The position numbers and the translations under genes are program-made. From positions 9,842-73,841 of the forward strand of contig JAOUFN010000002.1 of the NCBI GenBank assembly GCA_029858285.1: a stretch of DNA of 64,000 bases, in the 5' to 3' direction. The notes under the pieces were generated by a model. That model had not been told where the DNA came from. It worked only from the letters and a program-made list of their open reading frames with translations, and made no database searches. This DNA comes from Nitrospirota bacterium. Lineage in GTDB: Bacteria > Nitrospirota > JACRHL01. Positions 19,231-29,135 of the stretch are shown here, in pieces (position 1 is the stretch's first letter; the number at the start of each line of letters is the position of its first letter).

Positions 19231-20748
19231 CTACAGTACGATAAGTTTCTGGCCGCGCCGCGCCGGGCGCAGGGCGGTCAGGTCGCCGGAGAACGCCACG
19301 TGCAACTTTACCGGCATGCGCTCCCCCTCCCAGGCGCTGATGGACAGCGCCCCCTGGGCGTCCACGTCGAAGCGCATGTGCAGGTCCGGTTCCCCCTGGG
19401 GCACCGGCGGCAACCCGTCCAGTCGCAGTTCGCCGAGCAGGGTCACACGGCCATCGGCGTCGCGGCGTACGATGCGGAACACCACCTGGGACTGGCGGTC
19501 CTCCACGGTGGTGAACACGTGTTCGCCCTTGGCGGGCAGACGCTGGCCGCGCGCCACCACCACCACCAGGTGCCCCACGTCGTCCGCCACCCCCAGGTCG
19601 TAGGGAAGGTGTTCGTGCAGGGTTGGAAAGCGTACCGGCTCCGTAGCCTTCTTGCCCGGCATGGTCAGCTTGCCGTACAGGGCGGTGCCCACCGCCACCG
19701 CCTCGTCCGGGCCCAACAGCGGGTCGTGATGGGCCACCACCGGCCCCAGCCGCTCCAGCATGCGTTCGCGGAACGCGGGCACGGCGCTGCCGCCGCCAGA
19801 AAACACCGCGCGAGTGATGCCGATGCCCTGGGCGGCAGCCGCATCCAGAGCCTGCTCCAGCAGTGTCCCGGCGCGCTCCAGCAATCCTTCCCACAACGTC
19901 TCGGCCTGCTCGCGGGTCAAATCCAGAGGGGCACATTCGCGTCCCTCCAGCCAGGTGTCGGGCACCGGGATGGTCACCTCGGTGTTGTAGGTCAGTGATT
20001 CCTTGGCCCAGCGCGCCAGGTCCAGCAGGCGAAAGCGGAATTCCGGGATGTCGGCGGGGTCGATGCCGGTTTCGTCCAGGATGTGGTGACACAGGTGATA
20101 ATAGATCACCCGGTCGAAATCCATTCCCCCCAGGTGGCCGTCGCCATACACCACCGGCACATCGATGATGTCCGTGGTGCAGGTGACCACCGAGATGTCC
20201 AGGGTGCCGCCGCCCATGTCGATCACCAGCGTCGGCGCGCCGTCCCCCAGCCCTTGATAGAGGCTGCCGGACTGGGGCAGGGCGAAGGCCAGGGTGGCGG
20301 CCACCGGCTCGCTGACGATGGCGTGCAGTTCCACCCCCGCCAGCAGCGCCACCTGATGAATCGCGGCCCGCTGCGCCACGTCGTAATGGGCCGGCACCGC
20401 GATGGTCACCGGGCCAATGTCGTCGTTCAGGCGCTCCCTGGCCCGCGCCACCACCTTGCGCAGAATCAGGGAGCTCAGTTCGACTGCGGAATATTCGCGG
20501 CCGTGGAACAGAAAGCTGCGCGGACGGCCCACCCAGCGCTTGGACTGCAGGGCCAGGTTCTCGGCGCGCATGCCCGGGTTGAGGAACGGGTCCTGCCCCA
20601 CCTGCACCACGTTGGGGGTTTCGAAATAGATGGTGGAGGGCAGCAAGGCGTTGCCGTCGTTGCCGTACAGCACGCGCGGCTCGCCGCTCGCGTCCACCCA
20701 CGCTGCGACGGTGTTGGTGGTACCCAGATCAATGCCGATCGGTGTCAT
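19231..20748 (-). CDS. Hsp70-family protein, atypical and short (no alpha-helical lid)
   Basis: GIDLGTTNT, AVPAHY, SEPVAA, DMGGGTLD, HLGGMDFD, DEAVAVG; beta substrate-binding-like segment then stop at 505 aa. Confidence 0.85.
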   Translation of the reverse strand: MTPIGIDLGTTNTVAAWVDASGEPRVLYGNDGNALLPSTIYFETPNVVQVGQDPFLNPGMRAENLALQSKRWVGRPRSFLFHGREYSAVELSSLILRKVVARARERLNDDIGPVTIAVPAHYDVAQRAAIHQVALLAGVELHAIVSEPVAATLAFALPQSGSLYQGLGDGAPTLVIDMGGGTLDISVVTCTTDIIDVPVVYGDGHLGGMDFDRVIYYHLCHHILDETGIDPADIPEFRFRLLDLARWAKESLTYNTEVTIPVPDTWLEGRECAPLDLTREQAETLWEGLLERAGTLLEQALDAAAAQGIGITRAVFSGGGSAVPAFRERMLERLGPVVAHHDPLLGPDEAVAVGTALYGKLTMPGKKATEPVRFPTLHEHLPYDLGVADDVGHLVVVVARGQRLPAKGEHVFTTVEDRQSQVVFRIVRRDADGRVTLLGELRLDGLPPVPQGEPDLHMRFDVDAQGALSISAWEGERMPVKLHVAFSGDLTALRPARRGQKLIVL

Positions 20749-20917
20749 GCGGGCGCTTCCAGGCTGTTTTGTAGGTTGCCCCGCCGCCGTTCGGACGAAC
20801 GGCGGTATCGGGTTCTAAAATCTGTTTCCCAGTCTACCCGAAAAGTCTCTGTCCGCCGAACCTGGCGCGTCCGCCAAAGCCGTCTCATCCGCAAGTGCCC
20901 CCCTCCTGCGCGGCGGG

Positions 20918-20965
20918 AAAAAAAGCGGCCCCGCCCGGAGCAGGTCTTGCCCTGGGCGGGGCCGC
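20918..20965 (-). terminator. Intrinsic terminator after the cytochrome bc operon
   Basis: 12-bp stem GCGGCCCCGCCC/GGGCGGGGCCGC followed by a T run on the minus strand. Confidence 0.85.
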
Positions 20966-20987
20966 GGGTTCACGGCCAGGGTGGCGG

Positions 20988-21890
20988 CTAGTCGCGGACC
21001 GCGACCACCTCGGCGTCAAACGGATAGCTGCTCAGGAACTTCATCGGGATACTTTCCTTGGTCTCGTCCTTGAAGGAGGACACCAGGGTGGTAAGCTGAT
21101 CGGCCTCCTCGTCGGTAAGGCGGAAGTTGGGCATGATGGTGCCCGGCGTGATCTTGCCCGGATCCTTGAAGTGCTCCCACTCCCACTGCAGCTTGGTGTG
21201 GTCGCCTTCCACATGCTCGAAGATGTGCACCAGATAGAAGGACAACTCGGTCTTGCTGCCGAAGCCCGACAGCTCGGGACCGGCGGTACCCTTGGTACGC
21301 ATCTGGCGCGCCGTGTGGCAGGCGCCACAGCCCTTGGTGCGGAACAGCTCCTTGCCGGCCATCAGGGTCGGCGCCTCGGGCAGACTGGCATTGCGCGAAT
21401 ACAGGTTCTGGTGGCACTTGGAACACGACGACTGGGCGAACACGCCGGTCAGCAGTTCCCGGTCCAGATGGTGCACGTCGCCGTGGGTGGCCTCCACCGA
21501 CAGGGCCTGCCCCTCGCCTTCGTGACACACGGTGCAGCCGAATTTTTCGAACGGATGCCTGAGGATGTAGCCAGTGGGCTTGCCTTCTTCGTCGAAGAAA
21601 TCCGGGTGGGTGGTGTAGGGCTGCGGCGCGTCCTTGAACAGGGGGTTGCCGATGCCCTTGTGGCAGGTCATGCAGCGGTCCGCACGGTTGTTTACCGTCG
21701 GCAGCCACACCTGCTCAATCTTGAGCGGCGCGTTGGCCAGCGCCGGATCGTTCATCTTCTGCGCCAGCATTTTGTAGTAGGGCCGCTGGTAGTCGTGCCA
21801 CTCGGGGTTGGCCCCGTTGTAGCTGAGAATCCCGAACACCACCGCCATGCTCACGCCGGCGAAGGCAAACAAAACATTCTTGATGTCCAT
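20988..21890 (-). CDS. Membrane-anchored tetraheme cytochrome c of the Rieske/cyt b complex
   Basis: N-terminal TM helix; four CxxCH motifs (CMTCH, CTVCH, CSKCH, CGACH). Confidence 0.9.
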   Translation of the reverse strand: MDIKNVLFAFAGVSMAVVFGILSYNGANPEWHDYQRPYYKMLAQKMNDPALANAPLKIEQVWLPTVNNRADRCMTCHKGIGNPLFKDAPQPYTTHPDFFDEEGKPTGYILRHPFEKFGCTVCHEGEGQALSVEATHGDVHHLDRELLTGVFAQSSCSKCHQNLYSRNASLPEAPTLMAGKELFRTKGCGACHTARQMRTKGTAGPELSGFGSKTELSFYLVHIFEHVEGDHTKLQWEWEHFKDPGKITPGTIMPNFRLTDEEADQLTTLVSSFKDETKESIPMKFLSSYPFDAEVVAVRD

Positions 21891-21953
21891 GGATGCGAAG
21901 GCCTCTCCCTCTTTACTTGGATCTCGCTCGGCCCTGAAACACTGCCTGGGGCG

Positions 21954-22784
21954 CTAGAGCTTGAACCAGGGGGTCACCAGGAAGTACTTGATATTGAAGC
22001 CCAGGCGCAGAAACACCTTCACGGGCGACAGCCACAACAACGCCATTAAAGACCACACGGTCACATAGCGCGCCATGCCGAGTTGGCGCGAAAAACTGCG
22101 CCACAGCAGGGCCGGCAGGACCATGAACGCCACGAAATAACCGATCACCAGCAGGTAGGTCAGCCAATCGGCGGCGACCGCATCCAACCCCCAGCCGTGC
22201 AGGATCACGTTCATGTCGTTGAGCGAGGCGCCGGAGGCGGACTTGTGCTTGTGCCAGTCGTCCCACGGCCAGTACCACGCCCAGTCCAGACCGCGGAAGA
22301 ACACGCCGATGATGATGAAAATCCACCACTGGATGAAGCCGAAGATGAACGTCCAGATGGCGAACTTGCGTTCCTTCCAGGCCCAGTAGCCGACCCCCTT
22401 GGGGTTGATGTCGACGTAGGGGATCGCCATCAGGCCGACGATGATCAGGCTCGGCAGCACCACGCCCGCCAGCCACGGGTCGAAGAACACCAGCAACTCC
22501 TGCAGCCCCAGGAAGTACCAGGGGGCCTTCATGGGGTTGGGGGTGGTGTCGGCGCTGGCCATGTCTTCCAGCGGGGCGTGCTTGAAGGTACACACCCACA
22601 GCAGCCCGGCCAGGAACACCAGGGCCGCGATCAGCTCGATATACAGCAGGTGCGGCCACACGAAGACCGTGTCCTCGGGCTGCTTGCGCACCTGGAAGCC
22701 CTGCCCCTTGACCAGTTCCATCAGGGCATAGGACTTCTTCTGGTTGCGCGGGTAGATGTTCTCTGTGGTATGGCGTTCAGACAC
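21954..22784 (-). CDS. Cytochrome b C-terminal subunit (subunit IV/PetD-like, extended)
   Basis: FVWPHLLYIE, TPNPMKAPWYFLGLQELL, IPYVDINP; several TM helices. Confidence 0.85.
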   Translation of the reverse strand: MSERHTTENIYPRNQKKSYALMELVKGQGFQVRKQPEDTVFVWPHLLYIELIAALVFLAGLLWVCTFKHAPLEDMASADTTPNPMKAPWYFLGLQELLVFFDPWLAGVVLPSLIIVGLMAIPYVDINPKGVGYWAWKERKFAIWTFIFGFIQWWIFIIIGVFFRGLDWAWYWPWDDWHKHKSASGASLNDMNVILHGWGLDAVAADWLTYLLVIGYFVAFMVLPALLWRSFSRQLGMARYVTVWSLMALLWLSPVKVFLRLGFNIKYFLVTPWFKL

Positions 22785-22877
22785 GGGGTGCCTCTCCTCT
22801 CGCGTTCAGCTCACAGGACAATTCACAAGGCAATTCACAACACATCGGGGCCGTCCCCTGCAAAAACACCGGAGCCA

Positions 22878-23639
<762 letters not shown>

Positions 23640-23806
23640 AACAAACTCTCCACATGTTCACAGGCCACATGCCCACAGGCCGCATGCTCACAGAACACCG
23701 CATCCACACATCCGCCGCGACCGCAGCGGAAAACCAACCTCCCGGCTCCGGCACAGGCCCGGCGCTACAGGCCCGGCGCTACAGGTCCAGCGCTACAGGT
23801 CCGACA

Positions 23807-24385
23807 CTACACGTCCAGATAGAACGGCTTGACCTTGCGCCCATCCGGGTCCACATACACCGCGATCCCCTCGATGGATTTGGGATCCGGATCCTGACGC
23901 ACCGAGGTGTTTACCACCACCTGCCCGTCGATGGGGTCCAGCGAAATCGCCGCCCGCCACAGGGTGCGCGGCGCCGGACCACCTCGAACGTTGCCGTTGG
24001 TGTCATAAATACTGCCGTGACACGGGCAGCGGAACCGCTCCTGATCCGGGAACCAGTTGGGGGTACACCCCAGGTGGCGGCAGATCGAGATCAGCGCATA
24101 CATTCCCTGCGCCTCGCGCACCACCCAGAACTGCCCCTCGGTTTTCCAGCGGGTGTCCACCCCCAGACCGTAGTCCTTGGGGGGGCCGATCTTGAACGTT
24201 GTGGGCGGCTCATAGAGAACCGTCGGCACGTAGAACTTGAACGAGCCGAGGCCCACTCCGCCCATGGCCGCCAGGAACCCGCCCCAGCCTACCAGGGTGA
24301 AGAAGTCGCGGCGCGACACAGGCTCGGAGCCTGCCTCGCCGCCAACGGCCTCAAAGCCACGCATATCCTTCAATGGCACACGCAC
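23807..24385 (-). CDS. petC: Rieske [2Fe-2S] subunit with Tat signal
   Basis: SRRDFF twin-Arg motif; CRHLGC and CPCHGS; GGAGG RBS. Confidence 0.93.
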   Translation of the reverse strand: MRVPLKDMRGFEAVGGEAGSEPVSRRDFFTLVGWGGFLAAMGGVGLGSFKFYVPTVLYEPPTTFKIGPPKDYGLGVDTRWKTEGQFWVVREAQGMYALISICRHLGCTPNWFPDQERFRCPCHGSIYDTNGNVRGGPAPRTLWRAAISLDPIDGQVVVNTSVRQDPDPKSIEGIAVYVDPDGRKVKPFYLDV

Positions 24386-24652
24386 CTCCTTACCGGGACC
24401 ACGGGGACATCATTCGCCGGACAGGGGAACAACTCACCCTGAATCCGCCCCGGCACTCCCCCGAGCCAGCCAGCCAGCCGCCGGTCGGGTCATGAAACGG
24501 AACCTTCCGGTCATCATAACACCCGACGGGAAACAAACTCACCAATCTGCACCAACCCCTGTGACGCGAACCGGAGCGACCTCTCCAGAGCGGCTCCCGG
24601 GAAGGGGCCGCAGGCCGACACTCACGCCTTTTCCACACTGACAGGGGGCATA

Positions 24653-24681
24653 TATTTACCGACCTTGGCGCCCGGCGTCAA
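24653..24681 (-). promoter_or_regulatory. Sigma70-type promoter for the cytochrome bc operon
   Basis: TTGACG-N17-TAAATA on the minus strand, about 265 nt upstream of the Rieske start. Confidence 0.55.
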
Positions 24682-24777
24682 CCCACGAACGTGATTCCTG
24701 GCCCGGAATCCTGCTGCCCGGGACCACCCCACCCCCCGGTCGCCCGGCGCGCGACCGCACCACAGGCCAAGGTCAGG

Positions 24778-24804
24778 AAAAAAACCGGGGAACCCGGCAA
24801 AAAA
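24778..24804 (-). terminator. Probable intrinsic terminator after malQ
   Basis: CCGGG-TTC-CCCGG hairpin followed by T7 on the minus strand. Confidence 0.6.
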
Positions 24805-24817
24805 TCGACCTGGAAAA

Positions 24818-26320
24818 TCAGACCAGCCGCCGATGCCGCTCCAGCAGCCCGCGCAGGCGTTCCACGGGAGCCTCCGCAAGTTGCCCGGCGGTAACCCGCC
24901 AGCACCAGTTGCCATGGGCCAGACCGGGGCGGTTCATGCGCGCCCGGCCATTCAGCCCCAGCACATCCTGCAGCGGCACGATCGCGGTGGCGGCCACCGA
25001 TGCCATGGCGGCATCCATCAGGTCCCAGTGAATTTCGGCACCGTCGCTGCGCAGGTAGCGGCGGGCAAAATCCCGCACCGGCTCCGGGGCGGCCTGAAAC
25101 CAACCCACGGTGGTGTCGTTGTCGTGGGTGCCGGTATACACCACCTGATTCACCTGATGGTGTTCCGGCAGGTGGGGGTTTTCCGCGCCGGAATCGAAGG
25201 CGAACTGCAGCACCGCCATGCCCGGCAGGCCGGCGTCGCACCGCAACTGTTCCACGTCCGGGGTGATTACCCCCAGATCCTCGGCGATGATGCGCCCCGA
25301 GGCGCCCTCCGGCAGGGCCCGGTCCAGGGCCTGAAACAGCGCCAGACCCGGTCCCGGCATCCACTTGCCGCCGATGGCGTCGGTGGCGTCGGCGGGCACC
25401 TCCCAGCAGGCGGAAAAACCCCGAAAATGGTCCAGCCGCACCTCGTCGGCCACCTCCAGCGCCGCCCCCACGCGTTCCACCCACCAGGCGAAGCCGCTGC
25501 CGGAGTGGGCCTCCCAGCGGTACAGAGGGTTGCCCCACAATTGACCGGTGGCGGAAAAATAGTCCGGCGGCACCCCCGCCACCACCTCCGGGCGGCCCTG
25601 GGGGTCGAGCTTGAACAGGTGACGGTGCGCCCACACGTCGGCGCTGTCCAGGGTGACGAAGATCGGCAGGTCGCCGATGGTGCGCACGCCGCGCTCGTGG
25701 GCGTAATCGCGCACCCGGCGCCACTGGTGGAAGAACAGAAACTGCCCCAGCCGCACCGCCTCGATCTCCCGCGCCAGACGCGCCCGCCAGCGGCTCATGG
25801 TCGCCGGGTGGCGGTCGCGCAGGTCGTCTTCCCACGCGAACCACGGGGCGCCGCCGTGGTGCGCCTTGAGGGCGACGAACAGGGCATAGTCGTCCAGCCA
25901 CGATTGCGCCGATTTAAGGAAGGTGGCGTAGGCGGAGGCCATGTCCCCCGGCGGGCGGCGCTCGAAGTGGCGCAACGCGTGGTCCACCACCTCGCCCTTG
26001 GCGCGGGCCGCCCACGCATAGTCGGTAACCGACTCGTCGCCGGAGGCGGGCCGGGGGCACTCGGAGCGCTCCAGCAGCCCCTCCTCCATCAAATCCCCGG
26101 CACTGATCAGCAGCGGGTTGCCCGCGAAGGTGGAGCAGGAAGAATAGGGCGAATCACCCATGCCGGTGGGCACCAGGGGCAGAAGCTGCCAGCGGCGCTG
26201 TCCGGCTGCGGACAAAAAATCCACAAACGCCCGCGCCCCCGCCCCCAGTTCGCCGATACCGGCAGGTCCCGGCAACGACGTGGGGTGCAGCAGAATGCCG
26301 CTGACCCGTTCCTCTCCCAA
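24818..26320 (-). CDS. malQ: 4-alpha-glucanotransferase (amylomaltase)
   Basis: TTG at 26320 after GGAGG; GILLHPTSLPG, SPYSSCS, IGDLPIFV, GVPPDYFSATGQLWGNP, RLDHFRGF, IIAEDLG, YTGTHDNDT. Confidence 0.95.
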   Translation of the reverse strand: MGEERVSGILLHPTSLPGPAGIGELGAGARAFVDFLSAAGQRRWQLLPLVPTGMGDSPYSSCSTFAGNPLLISAGDLMEEGLLERSECPRPASGDESVTDYAWAARAKGEVVDHALRHFERRPPGDMASAYATFLKSAQSWLDDYALFVALKAHHGGAPWFAWEDDLRDRHPATMSRWRARLAREIEAVRLGQFLFFHQWRRVRDYAHERGVRTIGDLPIFVTLDSADVWAHRHLFKLDPQGRPEVVAGVPPDYFSATGQLWGNPLYRWEAHSGSGFAWWVERVGAALEVADEVRLDHFRGFSACWEVPADATDAIGGKWMPGPGLALFQALDRALPEGASGRIIAEDLGVITPDVEQLRCDAGLPGMAVLQFAFDSGAENPHLPEHHQVNQVVYTGTHDNDTTVGWFQAAPEPVRDFARRYLRSDGAEIHWDLMDAAMASVAATAIVPLQDVLGLNGRARMNRPGLAHGNWCWRVTAGQLAEAPVERLRGLLERHRRLV

Positions 26321-26645
26321 GCGCTCCCTCCTCCCGAAACGGCCCGAAAAACCCAATGGTACCACCATCGCGGAACAGTGACCGGAACACTGGCCGGAAC
26401 ACCCCGTAACGGCCACGCCCTCCAATTTGCCGCTTGACCAGCCCGCGACACCCCTCGTAGCATCTTCCGACAGTCACCGCTTTTGTGCCCGTAACCGGTT
26501 GTCCTGACGGATATTTTCCGGCTGCGGGAGGGGGGATGGGGAGACACTGCATCCGGTGGGGTCCATTGGGGTGCAGCGGTGGTCTCCGGTTCCCCGGGCA
26601 CGCCCGGGACCGCCATCTTCCCCGCCAACAACATAAGGAGTCGCC

Positions 26646-26738
26646 ATGAAAAACCCGCTTGAGACCATCTCCGGAACCATCGTTCTGGGATTCATCCTGA
26701 CCGGCGTGCTGTACGTCATCGTCAACGCCATCGCCTGA
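26646..26738 (+). CDS. 30-aa single-TM small protein (absent from the supplied ORF track)
   Basis: AAGGAG RBS, ATG...TGA; MKNPLETISGTIVLGFILTGVLYVIVNAIA; mostly C/G third positions in the second half. Confidence 0.75.
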   Translation: MKNPLETISGTIVLGFILTGVLYVIVNAIA

Positions 26739-26840
26739 TCGCACGCTAGCCATCGGACCGGCGGGCGTACGGGCCCCGGTCCCCGACAATTTTCAAAAAA
26801 AATTTCCCCGGGAAATTCACAAGCTGACGGGAACAGAACA

Positions 26841-27332
26841 ATGGAAATGGCATTTTTCGCCCGCTGGGCGCACTTCATGGCCGGCATCACCTGGATCGGC
26901 CTGTTGTATTACTTCAACTTCGTGCAGGTGCCCGCCATGGGCGCCGCCAAGGCCGACGGCACCGCTGCGGGCATCGTCAAACACGTGGCCCCGCGCGCGC
27001 TGCTGTGGTTCCGCTGGGCCGCAGTGGTCACCTGGCTGTCCGGCGCGGCCATGCTCGGCCACATGGGCATCCTCGGCCAGGCCTTCACCCTGCAGGGCGG
27101 CAACGCGGTGATCGGCATGGGCGCCTGGCTGGGCACCATCATGCTGTTCAACGTGTGGGTGCTGATCTGGCCCAACCAGCAGAAGGTGCTGGGCCTCAAG
27201 CCCGCCGACGACGCCGCCAAGGCCCGCGCCGGACGCGTGGCCCTGCTGGCCAGCCGCACCAACACCATGCTGTCCATCCCCATGCTGTTCTTCATGGCCG
27301 CCAGCATGCACGGCCGCATGTTGTTCGGCTAA
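26841..27332 (+). CDS. COG3748 / urate-hydroxylase PuuD-like membrane protein, short form without cytochrome c domain
   Basis: RWAHFMAGITWIGLLYYFNFVQ, RALLWFRW, IMLFNVW..IWPNQQK, SRTNTMLSIPMLFFM. Confidence 0.8.
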   Translation: MEMAFFARWAHFMAGITWIGLLYYFNFVQVPAMGAAKADGTAAGIVKHVAPRALLWFRWAAVVTWLSGAAMLGHMGILGQAFTLQGGNAVIGMGAWLGTIMLFNVWVLIWPNQQKVLGLKPADDAAKARAGRVALLASRTNTMLSIPMLFFMAASMHGRMLFG

Positions 27333-27380
27333 CAGCCGCCAGCAGCAGATGGAAGCAGGCGGAAGCCTGCCGACAACGGT

Positions 27381-27426
27381 AAAACGGCCTTCCCGGACGC
27401 AAGGATTCCGGGAGGGCCGTTTTTTG
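27381..27426. terminator. Bidirectional intrinsic terminator
   Basis: AAAACGGCCTTCCCGGA...TCCGGGAGGGCCGTTTTTT between convergent genes. Confidence 0.85.
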
Positions 27427-27428
27427 CC

Positions 27429-28898
27429 TCAAACGCGCCGCGCCAGCAGCCGTGCCACCAGGCCCGCGTCGAGGCGCACCTGAATCACCTTTTCGCCGGT
27501 GACCAGGGCCTGGCCGGGTTTGCCTCCCTTGGGGCGGCGCACGTTCTTGCGCGGCGTGCAGATTACCTCGCCACCCCCCTCCTGCTTGAGGCGGCTGAAA
27601 TGGGCGGCCAGTTGCGCGGCCTCCTGAATGGTCTGCTGGGACGGCTCGCCCTTGCCGTGAATCACCACGTGCGACCCCGGCACGTCCCTGGCGTGCAGCC
27701 ACAGATCGTTGCCCCGCGCCATGCGAAAGGTGATGCGGTCATTTTCGGTGCTGCTGCGCCCGACCCGGATCTGCCGCCCGTCGGAGGCCAGAAAGGCCCG
27801 CACCCGAAAGCGGGCGTCGGCGGCTTTGCGGCCCGCCGGAGCATCGGCCTCCGCCGCCGGGGAGGGAAAAATGCCCGCCACGGCCAGCGCCGCCTCCGGC
27901 GTGCCGCCTTCGTCCAGCACCCGGCGCGCCGCATCGACACGCTCCAGTTCCGCCATTGCCTCGGCAATGCGCTGCTGCAGCACCGGGATGCCGCGCCGCG
28001 CCCGGCGCGCCGCCTGAAAAAACACCTCGATGTTCTCCTCCGGAGTGCATTCGGCCCGCAGCGGCACCACCAGTTGGGGGCAGGCGTCGCTGAACCAGTC
28101 GGTGACGGCCACTTCGCGCAGTCCCCGGCGCAGCAGGTGGCGGTGGGCCGCCAGCAGTTCCCCGGTGCGCGCCGATTGCTCGCTGGCGGTGTGGCGGGCC
28201 AGATCCGCCTGCATGTTCTTCAGGCGTCGGGCCACGCGGCGCCGCAACCCGCCCAGGGTGCGCGCCGCCTGCCGCCGTTGTTCCACGCGGTGGGCGACGG
28301 CCATCCATCCGGCGTAGCGGCTCTCCAGGGCGGCGCTGTCGGGGACCGGTCCGGCGAAGACACCCGCACCCGCATCGGCCACGTCCTCCGCATCGGCCAA
28401 ATCTTCCGCCGGAGCCGTGTACGCCTCCCCGATCTTCAGGCCGCGCATGCCGCCGGGGCCATACCCCATCAGCACCCGGCCCGCCCCGTCCAGCAGCAGC
28501 AGGCGGCCACGGGGAAGCAGTTCCGCCACCAGGGTGGACTGCCACTCCTGCCCCGCAGCGTCGCCGTGGCGCGACACCGCAATGCGCACCACCCGGCCAC
28601 CGCCGGGCCGCTCGATTCCCACCACCCGTGCCGGACGCAGCAGGGCGCGGGCGCGCAGGACGAAGGGAGGCACCACTCCCGGGGGAGTGGGGGGCGCATC
28701 CACCACCAGATGCAGGCGCGCCATGTCCGGCGCCACCCCCACCAGCAGTTCGTGGTTGCGGCCCCGGCAGCGCACCGTCAGGGACAGGTGGTGGGGCCAG
28801 GGCGAGCGCACCCGCACCACCGCGCCACCCGCCAGCGCCGCCGTTACCTCGACCACGGCGGCGGCAATTTCCGGCAATGTCATGGAGCGGGGCGGCAT
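27429..28898 (-). CDS. rqcH: NFACT / Rqc2-RqcH ribosome quality-control protein (FbpA-like)
   Basis: N-terminal NFACT-like region, coiled coil, C-terminal VGRSSTENDRIT, DLWLHARDVPGSHV, AAQLAAHFS, PRKNVRRPKG; start 28898 or 28883. Confidence 0.82.
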   Translation of the reverse strand: MPPRSMTLPEIAAAVVEVTAALAGGAVVRVRSPWPHHLSLTVRCRGRNHELLVGVAPDMARLHLVVDAPPTPPGVVPPFVLRARALLRPARVVGIERPGGGRVVRIAVSRHGDAAGQEWQSTLVAELLPRGRLLLLDGAGRVLMGYGPGGMRGLKIGEAYTAPAEDLADAEDVADAGAGVFAGPVPDSAALESRYAGWMAVAHRVEQRRQAARTLGGLRRRVARRLKNMQADLARHTASEQSARTGELLAAHRHLLRRGLREVAVTDWFSDACPQLVVPLRAECTPEENIEVFFQAARRARRGIPVLQQRIAEAMAELERVDAARRVLDEGGTPEAALAVAGIFPSPAAEADAPAGRKAADARFRVRAFLASDGRQIRVGRSSTENDRITFRMARGNDLWLHARDVPGSHVVIHGKGEPSQQTIQEAAQLAAHFSRLKQEGGGEVICTPRKNVRRPKGGKPGQALVTGEKVIQVRLDAGLVARLLARRV

Positions 28899-29135
28899 CA
28901 CGGAAAGGGAAAATAACCGCTCACGGCACCACGCAAAACAGTGCCCGGGTGGCCACCCGGACATGCCCCGGACATGCAGTGTTCATCGGCATGAAAACGC
29001 TCAAGTAACGGACAAATAATTCCGAAGCGTACAACATAATCGGAACCGCGCGTTTGTCGCTGCGCCAGGTGATGCATCTCAACAAGGCCCACCCGACCCT
29101 TATTTTCCCCTCTCACTCCTGATCATGACGTACCC

